Virus record (IMG/VR): IMGVR_UViG_3300027851_000023
Coordinates: 1,331 to 65,330 of that record
DNA from: a virus
Lineage: Duplodnaviria > Caudoviricetes
Length of the DNA: 64,000 nt
Direction: 5' to 3' (one strand)
Shown here: positions 26,434-33,983 of the stretch, one piece after another
Numbering within the stretch: the stretch's first letter is position 1
How the letters are laid out: every line of letters begins with the position of its first letter
Translations under genes and position numbers: made by a program
Notes under the pieces: generated by a model
Told to the model about the DNA's origin: nothing
Databases searched by the model: none
What the model saw: only the letters and a program-made list of their open reading frames with translations

Positions 26434-26676
26434 ATGATCGGCTGGGCACAGATCATCACCATCGTCTGCCTGGTCGTCACCTATGGCTGGGCGTTCTGGA
26501 ACATCGCACTGGCGGCGATCCGGGCCCTGCAGTGGGCGGAATACACCCGGACACTACCGGGTTCGCCGCATCGCTTCTGGCCGCTGTTCGTCGAAGAAGC
26601 AGGCACACACCTGGTCACCGTCGCCTCCATGACGTGCTGGATCGTGCTGCTGACCTGGGGCGGTTTCTGGTCATGA
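26434..26676 (+). CDS. Two-TM membrane protein
   Basis: Two hydrophobic segments; ATGA coupling. Confidence 0.6.
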   Translation: MIGWAQIITIVCLVVTYGWAFWNIALAAIRALQWAEYTRTLPGSPHRFWPLFVEEAGTHLVTVASMTCWIVLLTWGGFWS

Positions 26677-26778
26677 TCTCCTGCCTGATCGCACTCACGC
26701 CCGTCGTCCTCCTGGCCGCGATTTTCTGGCCCCATCGGCAGCGCGATCAGCGCCGGCCCGAGCGCAGGAGTCGCGCCC

Positions 26779-27120
26779 ATGACTGACGAAGACCTTCTGG
26801 GCGACCTCGCCCATGAGCCCCGCAACGCCCGCAGCCGAGATGAAACCATGGACGACGAATCCTTCGACGCCAGTCCCGACGTCCTGACATCGGCCGCCCA
26901 GGGCCGCCTGCGCACCCTCATCGAGCGGATCGAACGGCTCGAGGAAGATGAGGCCGCCGTGAAGGTCGACAAGAAAGAGGTCTACGGCGAGGCCAAGGGG
27001 GAGGGCTACGACGTCAAGATCCTTCGCCAGGTCATCCGCATCCGCAAGCAGGACAAGGCCAAGCGCCAGGAACAAGAGGCGATCCTGGACCTCTATCTTT
27101 CCGCGCTCGGGGAAATCTGA
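26779..27120 (+). CDS. gapR: GapR (DUF2312) nucleoid-associated protein homologue
   Basis: AQGRLRTLIERIERLEE...KEVYGEAKGEGYDVKILRQVIRIRKQDKAKRQEQEAILDLYLSALGEI, very close to Caulobacteraceae GapR as I recall it. Confidence 0.92.
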   Translation: MTDEDLLGDLAHEPRNARSRDETMDDESFDASPDVLTSAAQGRLRTLIERIERLEEDEAAVKVDKKEVYGEAKGEGYDVKILRQVIRIRKQDKAKRQEQEAILDLYLSALGEI

Positions 27121-27353
27121 TGGACCTGTTTCACGAGATTCCAGATGGGATGGTCATCCTGCGCACCAAGGGCGTGTTCAAACAGGCGAAGGTCTTCAGG
27201 CGCGGTGCCGACGTCTTCGCCGCACACGGGTCCGGCTTCATTCGGTTGCTGCAGCATAGCGGCACCACGATCCCGACAACGCACTGGCTCGACCTGGACG
27301 CACAGAACGTCAGTCACCCTGTCGGCCGCGCGCCAACCTGGAACGCCCGCTGA
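27120..27353 (+). CDS. Hypothetical protein
   Basis: TGATG-coupled to both gapR and ctrA. Confidence 0.7.
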   Translation: MDLFHEIPDGMVILRTKGVFKQAKVFRRGADVFAAHGSGFIRLLQHSGTTIPTTHWLDLDAQNVSHPVGRAPTWNAR

Positions 27354-28036
27354 TGAGAATCCTGCTCGTCGAAGATGATCGCTGTACAGCGCAGTCGATC
27401 GAACTGATGATGAAGTCGGAAGGCTTCAACGTCTACACGACCGACCTGGGCGAAGAAGGCGTCGATCTCGCCACGATCTACGATTACGACCTGATCCTGC
27501 TGGACTCGCACCTTCCCGACATGGCCGGACTGGATGTGCTGCGCAAGATCCGGCTCGCCCGCATCAACACGCCTGTCATGATGCTCAGTGCCTACGACGA
27601 TATCGAATATCTGGTGCGCACGTTCGGTGCGGGTGCCGACGACTGGCTGGCCAAGCCCTTCCACAAGGATGCTCTGATCTGCCGATCGTGGGCCATCATT
27701 CGGCGGTCCAAGGGTCACGCCCAGGCCGTGATTCGCACCGGCAACTTGGACCTGAACCTCGACGCCAAGGAAGTCAGCGTCGCCGGCAAACTGGTTCATC
27801 TGACTGGCAAGGAATACATGCTGCTCGAACTGATGGCGCTGCGCAAAGGCGCAACCATCACGAAAGAGATGTTCCTGAACCACCTGTACGGCGGCATGGA
27901 TGAGCCCGAGATCAAGATCGTCGATGTGTTCGTCTGCAAGCTGCGCAAGAAACTGCGCCAGGCGGCGTCCGACGCCGTGATCGGCACGAACTGGGGCAAA
28001 GGCTACGTCCTGCGCGACCCGCCCTTGACCGCCTGA
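27353..28036 (+). CDS. ctrA: CtrA cell-cycle response regulator homologue
   Basis: [29 protein letters not shown](51), [47 protein letters not shown]. Confidence 0.95.
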   Translation: MRILLVEDDRCTAQSIELMMKSEGFNVYTTDLGEEGVDLATIYDYDLILLDSHLPDMAGLDVLRKIRLARINTPVMMLSAYDDIEYLVRTFGAGADDWLAKPFHKDALICRSWAIIRRSKGHAQAVIRTGNLDLNLDAKEVSVAGKLVHLTGKEYMLLELMALRKGATITKEMFLNHLYGGMDEPEIKIVDVFVCKLRKKLRQAASDAVIGTNWGKGYVLRDPPLTA

Positions 28037-28083
28037 GATTTCACCTTAGAAGTGACAACCGAACAATAAGAGAGACCGCCACT

Positions 28084-28434
28084 ATGCTCGTGAAGACCCT
28101 GAATGGACAAATCCGCAAGACCGAAGGGTCCGTCAAACTGGAACTGGCCACTGCTGCAGGCGTGATCATCGTCGGCCTGGTCAAGTCGGAACTGGTCGCC
28201 GGGGTCGCCGCCCTGCACCCTGACAACAAGGCCGAGACCTATCTGGAAGTCGTGAACGGGGTGCTGAAGCATACCGACGACGGCGCCCGTCAGTCGGCCC
28301 GTGAGGTTGCAGGGATCGAACCGGCAGAAACCGTGGCCCTGGACGATTTCACCGACGACCTGCTCGATGACGTCCCGCAGGCGACTCTGCTCGGGGGTCT
28401 CGACGTCGAGGATCTAGACGATCTGCTCGCGTGA
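28084..28434 (+). CDS. Hypothetical protein with acidic tail (EDLDDLLA)
   Basis: RBS; follows a perfect operator at 28041. Confidence 0.7.
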   Translation: MLVKTLNGQIRKTEGSVKLELATAAGVIIVGLVKSELVAGVAALHPDNKAETYLEVVNGVLKHTDDGARQSAREVAGIEPAETVALDDFTDDLLDDVPQATLLGGLDVEDLDDLLA

Positions 28435-28697
28435 TGACCGCCTTCGAACAGTGGTTCTCGGGCGACTGGCAGAAACTTCTGCACAGCGTGCCCGATGACC
28501 GGACGGTGCTGTCGTCCGGCTTCACGATCGCGACCGCCAGTTGGGACCGTCGGGCCGCCTATCTGCTGTGGGTCGAACTCGGCAAGCCCGATGCGTCCTG
28601 GGTCCAGCAGATGCGCCGCTTCAAAGAAACCCTGGCGAAACAGCCACCGCCGACGTTCGCGCCGATCGCCAAAGACATTGAGGACTTGCTGTCATGA
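28431..28697 (+). CDS. Hypothetical protein (DIEDLLS tail)
   Basis: Coupled ORF. Confidence 0.65.
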   Translation: MMTAFEQWFSGDWQKLLHSVPDDRTVLSSGFTIATASWDRRAAYLLWVELGKPDASWVQQMRRFKETLAKQPPPTFAPIAKDIEDLLS

Positions 28698-28978
28698 CCG
28701 ACAAACGGTTTTTGCAAGACGGCTTCGACAAGCAACTTGGTCATCTGATTGAAGAAATGGGTGAGGTTGGGGCCGCGGCCGGAAAAACCCTTCGATGGGG
28801 TCCGCTATCCACCAATCCGCTTTTGCCGCCTAACGAGCGTGAGGCGAACATCACCTGGCTGTGGCGCGAAATGCACGACTTGCAGCACGTTCTGAATCGC
28901 CTAGCCCTCACGATGCAGGCCGACTTCCCCGTCGAATGCACCGACATTCCCCTACGAACAGGCGTGAGTGAATACTGA
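28694..28978 (+). CDS. MazG-like protein
   Basis: LIEEMGEV..AAGK.LRWG...L..EMHDL. Confidence 0.55.
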   Translation: MTDKRFLQDGFDKQLGHLIEEMGEVGAAAGKTLRWGPLSTNPLLPPNEREANITWLWREMHDLQHVLNRLALTMQADFPVECTDIPLRTGVSEY

Positions 28979-29403
28979 TGAAGATCATCACCTGGGGCCC
29001 CTCGGCCGATGGCCCGCCTTCGCAAGCCTGGCTCGCGCGCTATCTCGACGGCAAGCGCTTCCTGCCCGCGCTGATTTCGGGCTCTACCGAAGATGCCGTG
29101 AAGACCAAGGCCCAGGAGTTCTGGGACGCTGAGACGACGCGCTTCGCCAAGCGTGAGGGTCGCAAGCCCGAGACGGTAGCCGATACCCTGGTCGAGCGCG
29201 TGGGCGCAGCTGATCCGGTCGTCGAGGGAGTCGCCCACCTAACGGCGGCTGAGCGCGCCTGGGGTGAAGACGTGGCCGTAGACTTCATGATGACAGCCAT
29301 GGAGCGCGTCGTCGCTTCGGCTGACCCTGATGGTGAGCGCGACATCATTCGCGAAGAACTTGGCCTTCCCACACTAGGCGACCTGGACGACCTGCTCGCA
29401 TGA
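28978..29403 (+). CDS. Hypothetical protein (DLDDLLA tail)
   Basis: Coupled ORF. Confidence 0.65.
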   Translation: MKIITWGPSADGPPSQAWLARYLDGKRFLPALISGSTEDAVKTKAQEFWDAETTRFAKREGRKPETVADTLVERVGAADPVVEGVAHLTAAERAWGEDVAVDFMMTAMERVVASADPDGERDIIREELGLPTLGDLDDLLA

Positions 29404-30437
29404 CTCCCTCAGTTGTGCTGTATCAGGGTGACTGTCTAAAAACCCTTCGTTCCATGGAGTCGGAGTCGGTAGACTGCGTGGTAACAAGCCCGCCGTATTG
29501 GGGCCTGCGGGACTATGGTGTTGACGGACAACTGGGTCTTGAGCCGACTCTGTGTTCGCATATCGAAGCGCTCGTATTGCTTTTTCGCGAAGTGCGTCGA
29601 GTGCTGAAGCCGAAAGGCACTTGCTGGGTAAACTACGGAGACTGTTATGCTACGCAGAGAAACGGTCGATCCGCTGCGGACACAAAGAAGGCGGGTAAAG
29701 ACGACCGCACGTTCAGAGATAAACCCTTTGACACCACCAAGGCCGCAGGCTTGCTCTCTGGAAACTTGTGTCTGATACCTGAGCGACTCGCCTTGGCTTT
29801 CCAAGATGACGGTTGGATAGTTCGCTCGCGCATTGTGTGGGGCAAGCGAAACACAAAGCCGGACTCAAGCGGGCGGTTCCGACCATCCTATAATCACGAA
29901 ATGATATGGATGTTGTCAAAACAGATGCCCTGTTACTACGACTCTGTTGCGGTTCGCCAGCCCACGGCGGCATCAACCCGATCCAGGTTGCAACAGGACG
30001 TCACAAACCAAATCGGAAGTTTTCGGCAGCCTGGTAGAACGAATGGCCCGCTGAAGGCGGTAGGCTCGATCGAAGATCGTCTTCTGCGTGCATATGAGGC
30101 TGCAGAAGTGGATGTCTGGGAAATGGCGACAGCTTCCTTCAGAGAGGCGCATTTCGCCACGTTTCCCCCAGAACTAGTTCGGCGATGCGTATTGGCCGGG
30201 TGTCCCGAAGGCGGTGTCGTGTTGGATCCATTTATGGGCGCAGGAACCACCGCGTTAGTTGCCCGAGAACTTGGTCGTCATAGCGTGGGCATCGAACTTA
30301 ATGCTGAATACATAACCATCTCACGTCGTCGCCTGGGCTTGCCGACATCAACGGGAATCCCCGCAGACCTGCGCGATCTCCTGGATATTCCGTGTCCTGT
30401 GCAGTTTGCGGACGATTTGGCCGATCTATTTTTATGA
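29400..30437 (+). CDS. N4-cytosine/N6-adenine DNA methyltransferase (beta class)
   Basis: VVTSPPYW catalytic motif, HFATFP, VLDPFMGAGTT SAM-binding motif, GIELN. Confidence 0.92.
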   Translation: MTPSVVLYQGDCLKTLRSMESESVDCVVTSPPYWGLRDYGVDGQLGLEPTLCSHIEALVLLFREVRRVLKPKGTCWVNYGDCYATQRNGRSAADTKKAGKDDRTFRDKPFDTTKAAGLLSGNLCLIPERLALAFQDDGWIVRSRIVWGKRNTKPDSSGRFRPSYNHEMIWMLSKQMPCYYDSVAVRQPTAASTRSRLQQDVTNQIGSFRQPGRTNGPLKAVGSIEDRLLRAYEAAEVDVWEMATASFREAHFATFPPELVRRCVLAGCPEGGVVLDPFMGAGTTALVARELGRHSVGIELNAEYITISRRRLGLPTSTGIPADLRDLLDIPCPVQFADDLADLFL

Positions 30438-30589
30438 GACTTTCACCTGACAGTTGACAGTTTGCGCGTTCGGTGAAAAAGTAACCCTACCGATCCTGCG
30501 TCCGACTTTGACGTGGGTTAGGTTGTTCGTCCGGGGCGCACGAACTACAAGAATAGGAATGCGTTCCCATCAGGAAGGTCGGGTAATCA

Positions 30590-30877
30590 ATGTCTACACA
30601 GAATGTCTTGTCGGAGTTGCCGTTCGTCGTGTCCATCAAAGGTATGGCTGTCTCCCTCTGGGAGCCTGTGACCACCGGGGTCTGGGGCACCGACAATGAG
30701 GCCGGTCGCAATCACGCCGACGCCTTGATCGAGGTCATCAGGGCGCACGATGCGCCGCCGCTGCTCGGCCAGGTCGTCAAGGCCCTCGGCCGAAGCGGAC
30801 GATGGAGTGGTGTCGAGGTCGGCTTCACCCAGCGACTGGCGGAATGGGCTGTTGCGGGCTACGGGATCGCCAACTAG
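30590..30877 (+). CDS. Hypothetical protein
   Basis: Stand-alone ORF after TTGACA and an operator at about 30443-30459. Confidence 0.55.
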   Translation: MSTQNVLSELPFVVSIKGMAVSLWEPVTTGVWGTDNEAGRNHADALIEVIRAHDAPPLLGQVVKALGRSGRWSGVEVGFTQRLAEWAVAGYGIAN

Positions 30878-31275
30878 GAGCCCGGCTTCCATCCGGCCGC
30901 CGCAATCGCAGCTGCTCCCACTGCGAAGATCCAGGGCGCCGTTTGACGCAACCAGTCGACGAGCGCCTTGGCCCCCTTCTGCTGGTCGTGAAGCGATTGC
31001 ATCTTGTCGATGCGGCTGTCGATCTTCTCGATCCACCCCACCAATCGCTCAATCTCGCGACCGTGCTTCTGTTCTTCCAGTCGGATCAGTCGACTGTTCA
31101 TGCCTTCCACGCGCTCGCCCAGGCGTTCCATGGCGCGCGTGTTCGCCTCCATATGGGCGCTGACCTGTTTGCCCTGTAGAGCGATGGCGTCGGCGACCTG
31201 ACGCATGGCGTGGATCTCAGCCGCGACCAGGGCTTCCGGTTTGTCTACGGACATCATGATCTGCTCGTCGCCCAT
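30874..31275 (-). CDS. Coiled-coil protein with C-terminal TM (lysis-cassette associated)
   Basis: Heptad-rich body, C-terminal hydrophobic anchor. Confidence 0.65.
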   Translation of the reverse strand: MGDEQIMMSVDKPEALVAAEIHAMRQVADAIALQGKQVSAHMEANTRAMERLGERVEGMNSRLIRLEEQKHGREIERLVGWIEKIDSRIDKMQSLHDQQKGAKALVDWLRQTAPWIFAVGAAAIAAAGWKPGS

Positions 31276-31276
31276 T

Positions 31277-31555
31277 CTATTTGCATCCCCGCAGCACGAC
31301 GCGCGCCTCGGCGATCCAGGCGTCTCGCTCGAGGAACCCTGCACCCAGCAGACGAAGACGCTCGGAAGCATCCGAGGCGGCGACGATATCCTCGCGGTTA
31401 ACCCGGAAGTTCGGCTCGACCTGGGCGTTCGCCGGGACACAGGTCGTCGCGACCGGCACCTGAACCTCGATCGTGCGGATGATCGGTTCGGCCGGCGTGC
31501 TGGCGCAGGCAGCGACCAGGGTTACCGCGAACACGGCGGCGAAGGTGCGGATCAT
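31277..31555 (-). CDS. Rz1: Outer-membrane spanin (lipoprotein)
   Basis: Signal peptide with lipobox VAAC, Pro/Val-rich, terminal Cys. Confidence 0.75.
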   Translation of the reverse strand: MIRTFAAVFAVTLVAACASTPAEPIIRTIEVQVPVATTCVPANAQVEPNFRVNREDIVAASDASERLRLLGAGFLERDAWIAEARVVLRGCK

Positions 31556-31986
31556 TGGAAGGCCTCCAGGACGGCGCGGTCGATCTGCTCGACCCGTTCA
31601 CAAAGAGTGGCACCCGTCGCCGGGGCGGACAGCAGGCGGTTCAGACGGGTGTTCAGACCCGCATTATCCCGGCGGGCGGCGGACAGGGCGGCGTCAGCTG
31701 CGGCCAGTCGCGCCGCCGATTGCTCGCCGAGAGCGACGATCTTCTTGTTCTGCTGCTCGACCGAGGCTTCCAGTGTCAGGACGTTGCCGCGGCATTGGCC
31801 GAACCTGGCCCGCCAGCCGGTCGTCGGATGCTCGACCGAGGACTCCAGCTTGTCGCGCTCGCGCTCGACCCCCGCCTTCTGTACGGTGGCGACGCCGAGC
31901 AGCACGGCCAGGCCAACAGCGACAGCCGTGGCGATGGGACCAGCAAGTCGGGATGTGAGCACAGACCAGGCGAACGTCAGCATCAT
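31552..31986 (-). CDS. Rz: Inner-membrane spanin
   Basis: N-terminal TM plus coiled coil, directly after the endolysin. Confidence 0.75.
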   Translation of the reverse strand: MMLTFAWSVLTSRLAGPIATAVAVGLAVLLGVATVQKAGVERERDKLESSVEHPTTGWRARFGQCRGNVLTLEASVEQQNKKIVALGEQSAARLAAADAALSAARRDNAGLNTRLNRLLSAPATGATLCERVEQIDRAVLEAFQ

Positions 31987-32762
31987 CGGATGACCTTTCG
32001 GGCTTCATCGGTCTTGGTGATCCGCTCGGCCAGTCCGTTCGAACCCCCGTTGACCCGGCGCGTGACTTCCTTGATGTCGCCGATCAGGGCAGGCCCGACG
32101 CAGCCGTGCGAGACGAAGAACTTCGCTGCGGCCAGGCAGGACTTGTGGATGTCCGTGCGCAGTTCCTCGGGCGAGAAGCCCGACGCCTGGGTGTTGGCGC
32201 GACCGGTGATCTGCTTCACCCCCGAGCCCCTGAAGCGCCAGCCGTCGCCCGGCTGCGTGTTCCCCAGGTTCTTCCTGCCCCACTCACCGCCGTAGATGAT
32301 GTTGGCGATCGCCTCCTGATCGGCGGGGCGACCCGGCGCGCGGCCATAGCGTTCGGCATCGACCAGGCTGATACGGTGCCGGCCGAACATCGTCTTCAGT
32401 GCCTCGACTGAATAGTTCAGATTCTCGGTGAGCGTGGAGAAGCCCGCGCTCTCGACCCACATCTGGCCGAGCCAGTTTTCCAGTACCCTATGCTGTTGAA
32501 GGTCAGGTGTCGCCGCGATCGCTGCTTCCAGGGCGGGCAGGGTGCCGGGCACGGCTCGTGGTGCCCAGGATGCGAACGCCACGGTGTCCAGCCGGTCACT
32601 GCTGAGCGCGGGACCAGACGCCGCGCGGATCAGTGCGCGCAAAGCCAGGCGACCTTCTTCGCCCCATTCGCCGTCGGCACCGTAGCGCGGCATGGGGAAG
32701 CCGGCGTCGATGATGGTCTGCTGGATCTCGGCGATGTCCTGATTACGGGCCATGGAGGTCAC
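31983..32762 (-). CDS. Endolysin, glycoside hydrolase family 19
   Basis: Q..VESAGF...ENLNYS, LGNTQPGDGWRFRGSG..QITGRAN, VNGGSNGL.ER; N-terminal YGADGEWG peptidoglycan-binding-like segment. Confidence 0.88.
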   Translation of the reverse strand: MTSMARNQDIAEIQQTIIDAGFPMPRYGADGEWGEEGRLALRALIRAASGPALSSDRLDTVAFASWAPRAVPGTLPALEAAIAATPDLQQHRVLENWLGQMWVESAGFSTLTENLNYSVEALKTMFGRHRISLVDAERYGRAPGRPADQEAIANIIYGGEWGRKNLGNTQPGDGWRFRGSGVKQITGRANTQASGFSPEELRTDIHKSCLAAAKFFVSHGCVGPALIGDIKEVTRRVNGGSNGLAERITKTDEARKVIR

Positions 32763-33127
32763 TCGGGCTTTCTGCTGAGAAGCGACTCGTCCTGCGGCAC
32801 CGGATCGCTTTCGGCCATCTCAACCCCGAACGGCACGGCAGGCGGCTGCGGGCCGGCACCTGCGATCTGCGACAGGGCTGCGGCCTGCGCCTCGCTGACC
32901 TTGGCCGCGGTGTCGGCCGCCTGTTTGGCACCGAGGCTGTTGCCCCATCGGAACGCGCCATAGGAGACGGGAATGCCCAGGATCGCCGTGGCCAGGCTGG
33001 AGATGATGGGCGCGACCGCCGGATCGATCTCGAAAAGAAACAGCCCGACGATGATCCCGCCGACCATGGACAGAGCCATGATGACGGCGATCGCGTCGAG
33101 CGTTTCATAGTTGCGTTGCGGCATCAC
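32759..33127 (-). CDS. Holin candidate
   Basis: Two TMs upstream of the endolysin; FRWGNSLG motif. Confidence 0.65.
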   Translation of the reverse strand: MMPQRNYETLDAIAVIMALSMVGGIIVGLFLFEIDPAVAPIISSLATAILGIPVSYGAFRWGNSLGAKQAADTAAKVSEAQAAALSQIAGAGPQPPAVPFGVEMAESDPVPQDESLLSRKPE

Positions 33128-33150
33128 GCCCTCCCGGCGAAGGGAAGGGA

Positions 33151-33519
33151 TCAGGCTTTGCGGACCAGGACGCGCAGCGTGGCCGAAGCCAGGTTGACCG
33201 CACCGCCGGACTCATTCGACTGGACCACCGTGACGGTGTCGGTTGCCGAGACATAGCCAGTCAGCAGCGTGCCGGTCTGATCGACGCTGACCGACACGCC
33301 GGTCACGAAGTCACCCAGGGCCGCTCCGGTCACGGTCACCGTGGTCGTCGCCTGGGCACCATCGGCCAGATCGGCGAAGTCGTGCGTCTTGCTGCCCGAG
33401 AGCACTTCGCCGACGGCCCCATCGACCTTCAGGAAGGCGGCCTTGAGCGCATTGCGCAGCACCGGACCTGCGCCAACGAACGACGCGAGGTCCAGTTTCA
33501 GCTTGGTGGTGTCGGCCAT
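33151..33519 (-). CDS. Putative virion protein (beta-rich)
   Basis: TTTVTVTGAALGDFV...YVSATDTVTV; GGAG RBS. Confidence 0.6.
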   Translation of the reverse strand: MADTTKLKLDLASFVGAGPVLRNALKAAFLKVDGAVGEVLSGSKTHDFADLADGAQATTTVTVTGAALGDFVTGVSVSVDQTGTLLTGYVSATDTVTVVQSNESGGAVNLASATLRVLVRKA

Positions 33520-33583
33520 CGTGTCACTCCGAATGTGCAAATCACGTTGGGCGAGAGTCTATAGGCGAAGTTTTTACGCTGCG

Positions 33584-33973
33584 CTAGTCAACGGCGACAG
33601 AAAGCGCACCGATGGCGAAGGTGACCGCGTTGCCGGTGGCCACCGTGCGGGCGTTGTCCAGGATGCCAGACGCAATCAGATTGCCGGAAGACGCCGCATC
33701 GAACAGACCGAAGTGCGTGACGCTGGCCCCGCCAGCTGCCGTACCGAAATCGACGACGCCCGAGTTCAGGATCGCCCCGGCGCTGATCGAGCCGAAGGTG
33801 ACGGTCGGCCGCCCGGCAGGACGAACCGTGGTCGTGACCTCGGACCCACCGGACCCGGCCTCGCCCGGATCGCCGTTGAAGATGCCGACATAGACGTTGC
33901 CTGGCGCTGTCGGAAAGGTGGTGCCCTTGATCCAGTTCAGGATCGCGTTCTCGGTGTAGTTGGAAAAACTCAT
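33584..33973 (-). CDS. Putative tail fibre-associated structural protein
   Basis: MSFSNYTENAILN, VTHFGLFDAASSGN; AGGAG RBS. Confidence 0.65.
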   Translation of the reverse strand: MSFSNYTENAILNWIKGTTFPTAPGNVYVGIFNGDPGEAGSGGSEVTTTVRPAGRPTVTFGSISAGAILNSGVVDFGTAAGGASVTHFGLFDAASSGNLIASGILDNARTVATGNAVTFAIGALSVAVD

Positions 33974-33983
33974 GGTCTTTCTC

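Noticed and set aside
26779-28036. gapR and ctrA as host chromosome flanking a prophage or a chimeric join
   Set aside because: Both are translationally coupled within a phage operon, bounded by phage operators, and attP is intact.
28410-29403. C-terminal tag as a by-product of SD sequences or a DNA repeat
   Set aside because: Synonymous codons vary widely and the tag also ends genes with no coupled downstream start (stops at 2251, 6820, 9166, 30437, 52520, 60988).
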